Below are positions 39,353-47,965 of a stretch of DNA of 64,000 nucleotides, one piece after another. A program made the position numbers and the translations under genes. The DNA is from an uncultured Alteromonas sp. Lineage in GTDB: Bacteria > Bacteroidota > Bacteroidia > Flavobacteriales > Flavobacteriaceae. How positions within the stretch are numbered: position 1 is the stretch's first letter; the number at the start of each line of letters is the position of its first letter. Below the pieces are notes generated by a model. That model searched no databases, had not been told where the DNA came from, and was given only the letters and a program-made list of their open reading frames with translations. Where the stretch lies: positions 1,535-65,534 of the forward strand of contig CAZOSF010000003.1 of the NCBI GenBank assembly GCA_964582415.1. Reading direction: 5' to 3'.

Positions 39353-42007
39353 CTATTTTTTTAAGTTAAATATTTTTTCTAGTAAATCTGGAGTATGAAA
39401 TGGCTTTCCGATAAAATCATTCATGCCTGCTTCGTAGCATTGAGCAATTTCCTCTTTAAGAACATTGGCTGTCATTGCGATAATAGGAAGATGTGATTTT
39501 TCATCAGGCATTTCTCGGATGGCTTTGGTTGTCTCATAACCATTCATGATGGGCATTTGCACATCCATCAGCACGATGTCATAATCAGTTTCATTGATTT
39601 TTTGAATAGCTATGGCACCGTTCTCGGCCACATCGACCGTAACTTCTGGGATACCGTCTTCCAATTCCTCTTGTGCAACAATGGCATTGAAGGTGTTATC
39701 TTCCACTAACAGAATTTTTATCCCTATTAGATGCTGTATCATCTTTTCTTGCTCCCTAACCCTGGGGTGAGTGGCCTCACCATGGATTTCTTCGCCAACG
39801 AGGTATGCACAGGTGAAGTGAAAGTCACTCCCAGCTCCTTTTCTGCTTTCTACCCAAATGCGTCCCTTATGGAGTTCGACGAGTTTTTTGGAAATGCTCA
39901 AGCCAAGGCCCGTACCCCCAAATTTTCGGCTCGTATCGGCATAGGCCTGTTCAAAGGATTCGAAAATTTTATCAAAGCGTTCAGGGGCAATGCCAATACC
40001 GGTGTCTGAAACTGTAAAGTGAAGTGTTATGTAACGAGAATCCGGGTGGGGCTCAATGTTAGCCGAGGTAGTAACCGTTCCCTTTTCTGTAAACTTGATG
40101 GCATTACTGATTAGGTTTACCAAGATTTGTCGTAAGCGGGAGGGGTCACCAATTACTGTTGGTAGGGCTTTAGGCATCGCCGATTTTAATTTCAAACCTT
40201 TTTCTTCGGCTTTGAATTTCATTATTGTATCGACATTCGAAAGGACTTGTTCCACCGAAAAAGGGATCTTTTCCAGTTCGATTTTTCCAGCTTCAATTTT
40301 GGAGATATCCAAAATGTCATTGATGATAACCAACAGAGAATCGGAGGATTCCTTGATGCCATTTAAGTATTCCAGTTGTTCTTTTTTCGGTTTCCGTCTA
40401 AGCAAAATATCTGTCATTCCCTTTATAGCATTCATGGGGGTCCGAATCTCATGACTCATATTCGCTAAAAATTGGTGTTTCGCTTTTTCGGAAGCAAGAG
40501 CTTTCTCTTTTTCTGTTTCAATCTGATGATTTTTCTCCTCTAATATTTTTTGTGTTTTTCGTGAGAAACGCAGCTTAGAGAATAGGCCAATGGCGATAAT
40601 TACAGCGATTAAACCGAGACCTAATAAGATGTTTCTGGAAGTTTTCCCTTGATGTATCTTCTCTTGAAATTCCAATTCTCTTTTTAGATTCTGTTTCACC
40701 ACCTCCAAACTATCGGCATAGCGTTCCTGTTGAAAGTTGTTTTCAAGTTCGAGTCGAGTCACTTCCTGACTATTCCGGAGGCTGGCCATCGAGTCGTTTA
40801 CTTTTACAAAATTCTTATAGGCTTCATACGCCTTAACAGTATTTCCAAGTTTTTCGTAGGATTGATAGAGCACCTCGTAATTGTTTTTACTATCCAAAAA
40901 AGTGATGGAGGGATAATTTTTATGTGCTAACCCTTTCTGGGCTGCAAGTATGGCTGCTCTGTAGTTTTTTAGTCCAAATTCGGCTACTGCCATCTGATGG
41001 TAAAAATGGCTGTAATTGATACGTGACTCACTGTCGGAATCATAATATGTTTGTAGTCCTTTTAATAATTTAAGCGCCTCTGCGAAGCGTTTCTGATTGG
41101 ATAAAATGCCCGCTTGAATATTTTTCGCATAATAAAGACAAGAAACACAGGCATCATTGTCGGTGATGGGTTTCATAACCGCCACCGCAGAGTCAATGTA
41201 ACGCAATGCTTCAGCCGGTTGTTTTTGTTGCATACGCATATTGGCCATACTGGTATAATTTGCTCCCAACCCCAGCGTGTCATTTGCCATTTTTGCGCCT
41301 TGTAAACTCTGAAAATAATAGGACTCTGCATCCTTAAAGTTTTCGATGTCCGAATGAATATTGCCAATGGTGTAAAGTGAATAAATATTGCCAGGTGAAG
41401 GAGCCCCAGAATCATGCGTCGTTAGTAAACTCTTTCTAAGGTAATAAAGCGCTTCGGGGTATTTTTCTTTCGAATAAAAGTAATTCCCTAAAAGCCCGTA
41501 TAGCATTTGAAGTGTGATTAAATCTTTATTATTGGTGATTTTTTTGTCCAGTTGGTTTAGATACTCTAAAAGTTCCTCCCTGTTATTAAAATGATTGTTG
41601 GGAAAACAGTTGTCATAGATAAAGATGGAGCAGTTTAAGATAACCGATCTAACATCGTTGTTGTTCAGGGCAACTTGATAGGCTTTATCGGCAAGATCAC
41701 ATGATGTTTCCGAACTGAAGTTCGACATGGATTTGAAGGTCATGAAACGTGAAAGATAGAGGCCGAGATCTTCTTTTGTGGCCCATTCAATGGCTTGATC
41801 AATTCCTTCACCAATTAATCTGATTTCTTCAAACTGTGGTCGTTGGTTTATATCAATGGATGTGATTTCATAAAAGGCATCCAAACGCTCTCGGATTGTT
41901 TTAGTACTGTCCTGCCAGATTTGATACTGATGTTCGAAATTACTGGACTGACCATAGGGAAGAAACGGTGTTAACCATATGAACAGGATTACTATGCGTT
42001 TGATCAT
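39353..42007 (-). CDS. Hybrid sensor histidine kinase with a large extracytoplasmic TPR sensor domain, HisKA, HATPase and a C-terminal receiver
   Basis: H-box FLANMSHEIRTPMNAIKG, N/G boxes (NLISNAIKFT, DTGIGI, GGTGLGLSI), and a receiver with LMDVQMP. The internal TM is ILLGLGLIAVIIAIGLF. I prefer the ATG at 42007 (MIKRIVILFIWL, signal-like) over 42067. Confidence 0.85.
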   Translation of the reverse strand: MIKRIVILFIWLTPFLPYGQSSNFEHQYQIWQDSTKTIRERLDAFYEITSIDINQRPQFEEIRLIGEGIDQAIEWATKEDLGLYLSRFMTFKSMSNFSSETSCDLADKAYQVALNNNDVRSVILNCSIFIYDNCFPNNHFNNREELLEYLNQLDKKITNNKDLITLQMLYGLLGNYFYSKEKYPEALYYLRKSLLTTHDSGAPSPGNIYSLYTIGNIHSDIENFKDAESYYFQSLQGAKMANDTLGLGANYTSMANMRMQQKQPAEALRYIDSAVAVMKPITDNDACVSCLYYAKNIQAGILSNQKRFAEALKLLKGLQTYYDSDSESRINYSHFYHQMAVAEFGLKNYRAAILAAQKGLAHKNYPSITFLDSKNNYEVLYQSYEKLGNTVKAYEAYKNFVKVNDSMASLRNSQEVTRLELENNFQQERYADSLEVVKQNLKRELEFQEKIHQGKTSRNILLGLGLIAVIIAIGLFSKLRFSRKTQKILEEKNHQIETEKEKALASEKAKHQFLANMSHEIRTPMNAIKGMTDILLRRKPKKEQLEYLNGIKESSDSLLVIINDILDISKIEAGKIELEKIPFSVEQVLSNVDTIMKFKAEEKGLKLKSAMPKALPTVIGDPSRLRQILVNLISNAIKFTEKGTVTTSANIEPHPDSRYITLHFTVSDTGIGIAPERFDKIFESFEQAYADTSRKFGGTGLGLSISKKLVELHKGRIWVESRKGAGSDFHFTCAYLVGEEIHGEATHPRVREQEKMIQHLIGIKILLVEDNTFNAIVAQEELEDGIPEVTVDVAENGAIAIQKINETDYDIVLMDVQMPIMNGYETTKAIREMPDEKSHLPIIAMTANVLKEEIAQCYEAGMNDFIGKPFHTPDLLEKIFNLKK

Positions 42008-42150
42008 TCCTACAAGTTGAGGTGGCTGGCAGTTGGGATGTAATCGAATCTTCATCGAATTATTCAAAAATTAATAGACTAATTTCAATTGAAAATTGAT
42101 TTAGTCGATGTCTGAACCGAAGATAGTATCATGTTCCCGATATTGGTGCT

Positions 42151-42190
42151 TTGGAATTATCGGATGGTCTTTTCAATTATCAAACGGACG
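42151..42190. promoter_or_regulatory. Tandem 20-bp imperfect direct repeat in the kinase/LytTR divergent intergenic region (candidate regulator binding site)
   Basis: TTGGAATTATCGGATGGTCT and TTTCAATTATCAAACGGACG share 13 of 20 positions. A third GAATTAT core sits at 42204-42210, and a related palindrome TCAATT-GAA-AATTGA at 42085-42099. Confidence 0.35.
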
Positions 42191-42265
42191 TAACCAGGAT
42201 GTCGAATTATTCACTACATTGTTGGTGAAGATCAATAGAAAAACCTAATAAGGTGCTCGTAAATC

Positions 42266-43012
42266 ATGAAAATCAGATCACTGATCATCGACGACAATAC
42301 GTTTATACGAACACTCCTCTCAGAATCGCTGAAAGAGAATCATCCTGAAATTGAAATTGTCGCCATGGCATCCAATGGAGAAGAAGGCATTCAATCAATA
42401 CTTGAATGGAAACCCGATCTGATTTTTCTTGATGTTGAAATGCCCGATATGACGGGTTTTGAGATGTTAAGCAGACTACCAACGATTGCATTCCGCACAA
42501 TCTTCACCACCTCCTATAGTAAATATGCTATTACTGCCTTTCGATTCAATGCCCTTGATTATCTTTTAAAACCTATTAAGGCCGAAGAATTGGCACAAGC
42601 TATCAAGCGATTTCACGGGCACGCCGAGCAACAGGATGCAACCAATATTGGTAATGCCTTGCAAAACTTGAAAGTTCAAAATAAAGAAGACCAGAAACTG
42701 ATTTTATATACCCAAAAGGGGCGTCTTCGATTGGCTTTGAAACATATTGTAAAAATTGAAGGGGACAGAAATTACAGCTATATTTATTTATCGGATAATA
42801 CCAAGGAGCTTTCATCAAAAACCTTGGGCTATTTTGAAGAAATATTATCGGATAAAGGGTTTTTACGATGCCATCGCTCGTTTCTAGTAAATAGATATCA
42901 TGTCATATCCTATCTTGATAACAATACATTTCAATTGAAGGATTCCTCTGAAGTTCCCATTTCAAGAAGAAAGAGGAACGAAGCCATTACCTGGTTCGAC
43001 AGTATGGATTAG
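42266..43012 (+). CDS. LytR/AlgR-family response regulator (receiver plus LytTR DNA-binding domain)
   Basis: 248-aa ORF. The receiver shows IIDDN...IFLDVEMPDMTG. The C-terminal LytTR pattern reads IVKIEGDRNYSYIYL...LRCHRSFLVN. Confidence 0.88.
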   Translation: MKIRSLIIDDNTFIRTLLSESLKENHPEIEIVAMASNGEEGIQSILEWKPDLIFLDVEMPDMTGFEMLSRLPTIAFRTIFTTSYSKYAITAFRFNALDYLLKPIKAEELAQAIKRFHGHAEQQDATNIGNALQNLKVQNKEDQKLILYTQKGRLRLALKHIVKIEGDRNYSYIYLSDNTKELSSKTLGYFEEILSDKGFLRCHRSFLVNRYHVISYLDNNTFQLKDSSEVPISRRKRNEAITWFDSMD

Positions 43013-43156
43013 GTTATGAAATGGGTTGGTAGAATTCCTATTGTTTGGTTTTTTTGCACCATATTGCTTTTTAATTTAGCATTACTCAATCCACCTTAGG
43101 CCCAAATCACAACGTAAAAAAACGTATCTTTCCCCTGTATTAAATGCCCTTTATCC

Positions 43157-45244
43157 ATGTATCCAAAAGTTGCAATACTTTGCTTACTCCTGTTCTTTGG
43201 GATGGGAGGAAAGGCGCAAGACGAAACCTATCTGTCTACCTATCCCGTTTTTCCAAATTGTAAAACCGTTTCCAAAGAAGAGCTCCCAGTATGCTTTAAT
43301 AATACCATTCGTGAACGAATTCTATCCGATTTTGAAGTTCCAGCGGATCTGACTGAAAATTATCGGGGAGAGGTAAAGGTTTTATTTGAGGTAGATCAAG
43401 AGGGTGCTTTTAAAGTGATTTATGTGGATACAGACCAAGAGATGCTTCGGCAAGAGGTTCACCGTGTTTTTAATGAATTTCCCAAGGTTTCGGGCCCTAC
43501 CTATAATGGGCAACCTACCTACATGCAATTTACGGTGACCTTTGGAATTCCGTTAGGGTCTCTTATTTTGGAATCTCAAAAAGAAGAAAGCCTTCTTTCG
43601 GTAAACAGGAAAGGCGAATTGATTGAATATGATCAGGTACAGGAAAATCGCTATACCAATAAGAAATTTAAAAGCGGTGTGAATATCCCTTTATCTCATC
43701 ACGACTATAGTTTGTTCGACCCCTACTTGAACCAAATTGGATCCAACAATCATACCGCACAGAAACCGTATATCTATAGTGAAGTAAATAAGTATTACAA
43801 TTTTGCTGAACGGCAGGCCCCCCTTCTAAGAGATAGAAAAACATGGTTGGGAAGAAAATGGTGGGATGAACATATGGTAGCTTTTGAGGGAGAGGATTAT
43901 TGGATAACCTTAGATCCGGGAGTAGACCTTCAGGTGGGGAAAGATTTCGACGATGACATCAACACATGGAATAACACACGATTGATCTATGCGCAAGGGG
44001 GAATCGGAAAGCAATTAAGTTTTTTTGCAGTAGTTTACGAAAGTCAAGGTCAATTTGCGGGTTATTTTAATCGATATGCGGAATCCATTCGTCCGGATGG
44101 CGGTAACCCTGCCATTATACCGGGAAGGGGCATCGCAAAGAAATTTCGGGAAGATGCCTATGATTATCCCATTGCTACTGGACATATCTCCTATACTCCT
44201 TCTAAATATTTCAATATCCAGTTAGGACACGGAAAGAATTTCATAGGAGACGGGTATCGCTCATTACTAATGAGCGACAACGCAAGTCCGTACCCTTTTT
44301 TTAAACTCAATACTACTTTCTGGAAGTTAAAATATACCAATACATGGATGTCGCTTCGCGATGTGCGCTCTGAAGTGACCGACGGAGGTTCCTTCAGGAC
44401 TAAATACATGGCCAATCACTACCTAAGTTATAATGTCACGAAACGGCTTAATTTAGGGTTCTTTGAATCGGTAATCTGGGAAAATGATAACGATCGTGGA
44501 TTCGATTTTAACTATCTCAATCCTGTGATTTTCTATCGCGCTATCGAGTTTTCCACAGGCTCAAGAGGGGGGAATGCGTTGATAGGATTAACGGCAAAAT
44601 ATAAAGTCAACAATCGGGTGAATGTGTATTCACAACTTATCATTGATGAATTTTCCACCGGGGATATTTTCGGGGGGAAAGGGAGCTATAAGAACAAAAT
44701 AGGATATCAATTGGGAGGGAAGTATTATGATGCTTTTGGGGTAAAAAACCTTTACTTGCAGATGGAGTACAATAGAGTGCGTCCCTATACGTATTCCCAC
44801 AATACCATCACTTTGAACTATGGACATAACAACCAATCTATGGCGCATACGCTCGGTGCGAATTTTTCAGAGTTTATGGTCATTGGTCGTTATCAAAAGG
44901 GACGGTGGTTTGGTGATGCCAAGCTAATCCTTGCAAAACGTGGTTTCGATTTTAACACTGAAGAGGACAGTTCCTTTTATGGAGGAGATATCTACAGGAC
45001 AGAAGACGATAGGCCTTCAAACGATGGTAATGATCTTGCGCAAGGAAATACTACAGATTTTCTCCATGCAGAGCTTACCGCCGGTTATTTAATCAATCCT
45101 TCCAGCAATTTAAAAATATATGCTAGTTTTATGTACAGGGATTTTTCGCCGGAAGTGGATACACCTACCGTTTATAAACAACAAACGTCTTGGGTGAATT
45201 TCGGGATTCGGACCGATCTGTTTAATTGGTACTACGACTTCTAG
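43157..45244 (+). CDS. Wzi / RemB-like outer-membrane protein with an N-terminal TonB-C-like domain
   Basis: 695-aa ORF with a signal peptide. The N-terminal YPVFPNC...VC module is colinear with the TonB C-domains at 35666 and 36493. The remainder is rich in aromatic/Gly beta-strand patterns (NLGFFESVIWEN, NYLNPVIFYRAIE) that I associate with capsule-assembly Wzi / gliding RemB proteins. Confidence 0.55.
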   Translation: MYPKVAILCLLLFFGMGGKAQDETYLSTYPVFPNCKTVSKEELPVCFNNTIRERILSDFEVPADLTENYRGEVKVLFEVDQEGAFKVIYVDTDQEMLRQEVHRVFNEFPKVSGPTYNGQPTYMQFTVTFGIPLGSLILESQKEESLLSVNRKGELIEYDQVQENRYTNKKFKSGVNIPLSHHDYSLFDPYLNQIGSNNHTAQKPYIYSEVNKYYNFAERQAPLLRDRKTWLGRKWWDEHMVAFEGEDYWITLDPGVDLQVGKDFDDDINTWNNTRLIYAQGGIGKQLSFFAVVYESQGQFAGYFNRYAESIRPDGGNPAIIPGRGIAKKFREDAYDYPIATGHISYTPSKYFNIQLGHGKNFIGDGYRSLLMSDNASPYPFFKLNTTFWKLKYTNTWMSLRDVRSEVTDGGSFRTKYMANHYLSYNVTKRLNLGFFESVIWENDNDRGFDFNYLNPVIFYRAIEFSTGSRGGNALIGLTAKYKVNNRVNVYSQLIIDEFSTGDIFGGKGSYKNKIGYQLGGKYYDAFGVKNLYLQMEYNRVRPYTYSHNTITLNYGHNNQSMAHTLGANFSEFMVIGRYQKGRWFGDAKLILAKRGFDFNTEEDSSFYGGDIYRTEDDRPSNDGNDLAQGNTTDFLHAELTAGYLINPSSNLKIYASFMYRDFSPEVDTPTVYKQQTSWVNFGIRTDLFNWYYDF

Positions 45245-45249
45245 GGTTC

Positions 45250-46320
45250 TTATTGTTTCACCTTGCTTTTGTCGGTCCACTCGTAACGCTTGGCTACTTC
45301 TTTATAAGCAGCGCGAACGAAGGCTTCAGTAGAAATAAAGCCATTGCCAAATCCTTTTTCGTCATATTCCTTAGTGATTTCCTTCATGGCTACCACCTGA
45401 TCTTCCGTCTTCTTGTCAACTCTTTGGTAGGCGATGCTATTATAAACAAAATCCATCATCGATTTGGTAAAACGAACATCAGCTAATTTCGCAACCCCAC
45501 CATGACCGGGAATAATGAGCGTATCTTCGTCTATCAACATTAAGATTTTTTCAAGGCCCTTGATATAGCCTTCATAGGTACCGCCGTTGTCGGCATCGAT
45601 AAAAGGGTATAAGTCTTTGACAAAGGCATCGCCTGTATGAAGCACATTGCTCTGTGTGAAATACACCATAACATCCCCATCAGTGTGGGCATTGTGTACA
45701 TGAAAGACCAAGATGTCCTCTCCGTTGTAGTGAAAGGTAATATCTTCTTCGAAAGTGATCATGGGCAATAGGGCCTCATCTATCTCCCCTAGTTCAGATT
45801 CAAGACGAAAACGTTCTCTTTCCAATTCATTTTGTGATTCAGAATTACCATCATTCTTCATTTTTTCTTGTTTCGTCGCCAATCTGTCATCTATTTTCGA
45901 CATTTCTTCTGCTTTAAAAGCTCGAATTAATTGCTTCCGCACATTGGTATGGGCAAATACAGTAACACCAGCTTCTCTCATATTTTTATTGCCCCCTGTG
46001 TGGTCGGGATGATGGTGGGTATTCACCAAAAACTGAACGGGATTCATTGTCAATCGGCTAACCGCATTCAATATGTTCGTACTTGATTCTGCAAATTGGT
46101 CGTCGATTAGGAAAGCCCCGTCTTTACCAATGAATAACCCAATATTTCCGCCTTTTCCGGTTAACATGAAAATGCTGTCCCTTACTTTCTGGACCCTTAT
46201 ATTAAATTCGTTAGAAACAGCCTCTTCCTTGTCTTTTCGTTTCCCAGAATCTTCTTGGGCGAACGCTACATTGAATAGGAATGAAAAAGCTAAAAAAAGA
46301 TTTAGGGTACGGCGATTCAT
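45250..46320 (-). CDS. Secreted MBL-fold metallo-hydrolase
   Basis: Signal peptide, the HHHPDH (HxHxDH) motif, and later HVHNAHTDGD and PGHG. Confidence 0.8.
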   Translation of the reverse strand: MNRRTLNLFLAFSFLFNVAFAQEDSGKRKDKEEAVSNEFNIRVQKVRDSIFMLTGKGGNIGLFIGKDGAFLIDDQFAESSTNILNAVSRLTMNPVQFLVNTHHHPDHTGGNKNMREAGVTVFAHTNVRKQLIRAFKAEEMSKIDDRLATKQEKMKNDGNSESQNELERERFRLESELGEIDEALLPMITFEEDITFHYNGEDILVFHVHNAHTDGDVMVYFTQSNVLHTGDAFVKDLYPFIDADNGGTYEGYIKGLEKILMLIDEDTLIIPGHGGVAKLADVRFTKSMMDFVYNSIAYQRVDKKTEDQVVAMKEITKEYDEKGFGNGFISTEAFVRAAYKEVAKRYEWTDKSKVKQ

Positions 46321-46352
46321 TTGATGAAGTTTTAATTAGAATTCGAATTTAA

Positions 46353-46360
46353 CAAAAGTA
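46353..46360 (-). promoter_or_regulatory. Candidate -7 box (TACTTTTG on the minus strand) for the MBL hydrolase gene
   Basis: The plus strand reads CAAAAGTA, 33 nt upstream of the ATG at 46320. Confidence 0.4.
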
Positions 46361-46391
46361 GCCATACTTCTCAATAATATGGACTTTCATT

Positions 46392-47339
46392 GTGAAAAAA
46401 GATGTGGTAACTGTATCTTTGCCAACCATAAATAAGCAGGCGCATTTGTCTAGGTCATCTTCAGCAACAGCAAAAACTTCTTTCATAGGGGTTTTTACAG
46501 AAATCACAAAGGTGCGATTGTCCATCAGTGTGGTTTTTTCCTCATTGGCAGGGTACCTGTTGGGCGCCGATACGGTTCAAATCAAAACCTTCGTCTTACT
46601 AGCCATTGGCGGATATTGTATGGTGGGAGCCTCCAATGTGTTCAACCAAATAATCGAAAAAGATTTAGATGCATTGATGGTACGCACGCAAAACCGTCCG
46701 TTGCCCGCTGGAAGGATTGGTAAGAAACCGGCCTTTGTGCTGGGGAGTTTCCTAACCCTTTTAGGAATAGGAATCTTATATATCATCAATCCTCAAACGG
46801 CCATGTTCGGGGCCATATCCATCTTTATGTATGTGAGCCTCTATACTCCATTAAAAACCAAAACGCCCCTTTCGGTTTTCGTTGGGGCCTTTCCCGGAGC
46901 CATTCCTTTTATGTTGGGTTGGGTGGCAGCCACAGACAATTTTGGAATTGAACCGGGGGCACTTTTCATGATACAATTCTTTTGGCAGTTCCCTCATTTT
47001 TGGGCCATTGGATGGTTCCTTTTTGAGGATTATAAAAAGGCAGGATTTTTTATGCTACCTACTGGAAAGCGAGATAAAGGTACTGCTATACAAGTTGTCC
47101 TATACGCAATTTGGACGGTCTTGGCTTCGCTCATCCCGGCATTCCACGTTACTGGAACCTTGAAGCTAAGTTTGGTGGCGTCCATCATCATGGCGGGATT
47201 GGGAGCTTGGCTGATTTATTATGCCTGGCGTCTATATAAAATTCAAACGGATAAAGCTGCGCGACAATTGATGTTGGTAAGTGTTAGTTATATCACTTTG
47301 TTGCAAATTATTTTTGTGGTCGATAAATTTTTACGATGA
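46392..47339 (+). CDS. cyoE: Protohaem IX farnesyltransferase (haem O synthase)
   Basis: Polytopic UbiA-family ORF with LMVRTQNRPLPAGRI. It has a GTG start and a 4-nt ATGA overlap with the next gene. Confidence 0.88.
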   Translation: MKKDVVTVSLPTINKQAHLSRSSSATAKTSFIGVFTEITKVRLSISVVFSSLAGYLLGADTVQIKTFVLLAIGGYCMVGASNVFNQIIEKDLDALMVRTQNRPLPAGRIGKKPAFVLGSFLTLLGIGILYIINPQTAMFGAISIFMYVSLYTPLKTKTPLSVFVGAFPGAIPFMLGWVAATDNFGIEPGALFMIQFFWQFPHFWAIGWFLFEDYKKAGFFMLPTGKRDKGTAIQVVLYAIWTVLASLIPAFHVTGTLKLSLVASIIMAGLGAWLIYYAWRLYKIQTDKAARQLMLVSVSYITLLQIIFVVDKFLR

Positions 47340-47923
47340 TGGAAAATACCTTCGGAACCGAGGAAATGAAAAGAAAAAGAGCCAAAAAAATGATGCTTTG
47401 GTTCGGAATTGTGAGCTTGGGAATGAGTTTTGCAGGGTTAACGAGTGCCTATGTGGTAAGTAAAGAACGCCCCGATTGGTTGGAACAATTGGAACTGCCC
47501 TCCGCATTTCTGTATAGTTTAACGGTCATCATAATCAGCAGTGTTACCATGGAATGGGCTCGAAGAGCGATTGTGAAAGGAAATTCAACGCAAGGGATGA
47601 TGGGGTTGGTGCTTACTTTCCTTCTTGGAGTGGTTTTTATCTATCTTCAGTACCAAGGTTTTTCTCAAATCTATAATGAATTTGGCTATGCTTTTACAGG
47701 GGAAACCAGTAATGTAGCTTATTCCTACATCTTCCTGATTGTACTTGTTCATATCTTACACGTTTTTGCGGCCTTGATCAGTTTGTTGGTCGTAATTTAT
47801 AATCATTATAAACAATCATATTCCAACGGAAAGACCCTCGGCCTTGAGTTGGCCACTACTTTCTGGCATTTCGTAGATATTCTGTGGATTTACCTCTTTT
47901 TGTTTTTCTATTTCGTCAGATAA
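47336..47923 (+). CDS. Haem-copper oxidase subunit III family protein (short form, 195 aa)
   Basis: Multi-TM ORF ending in TFWHFVDILWIYLFLFFY, the subunit-III C-terminal signature. Confidence 0.8.
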   Translation: MMENTFGTEEMKRKRAKKMMLWFGIVSLGMSFAGLTSAYVVSKERPDWLEQLELPSAFLYSLTVIIISSVTMEWARRAIVKGNSTQGMMGLVLTFLLGVVFIYLQYQGFSQIYNEFGYAFTGETSNVAYSYIFLIVLVHILHVFAALISLLVVIYNHYKQSYSNGKTLGLELATTFWHFVDILWIYLFLFFYFVR

Positions 47924-47933
47924 AAAATATATT

Positions 47934-47941
47934 TATTTTTG
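47934..47941 (+). promoter_or_regulatory. Candidate -7 box (TATTTTTG) ahead of the second subunit-III gene
   Basis: Exact TAnnTTTG match 24 nt upstream of the ATG at 47966. It overlaps the TTG that opens the longer ORF-track model. Confidence 0.4.
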
Positions 47942-47965
47942 CACACAATAAACCAATCTCTTAAT

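Noticed and set aside
47939-47965. TTG-initiated 9-codon extension of the long subunit-III gene
   Set aside because: It overlaps the TATTTTTG box at 47934-47941. The ATG at 47966 is the more plausible start.
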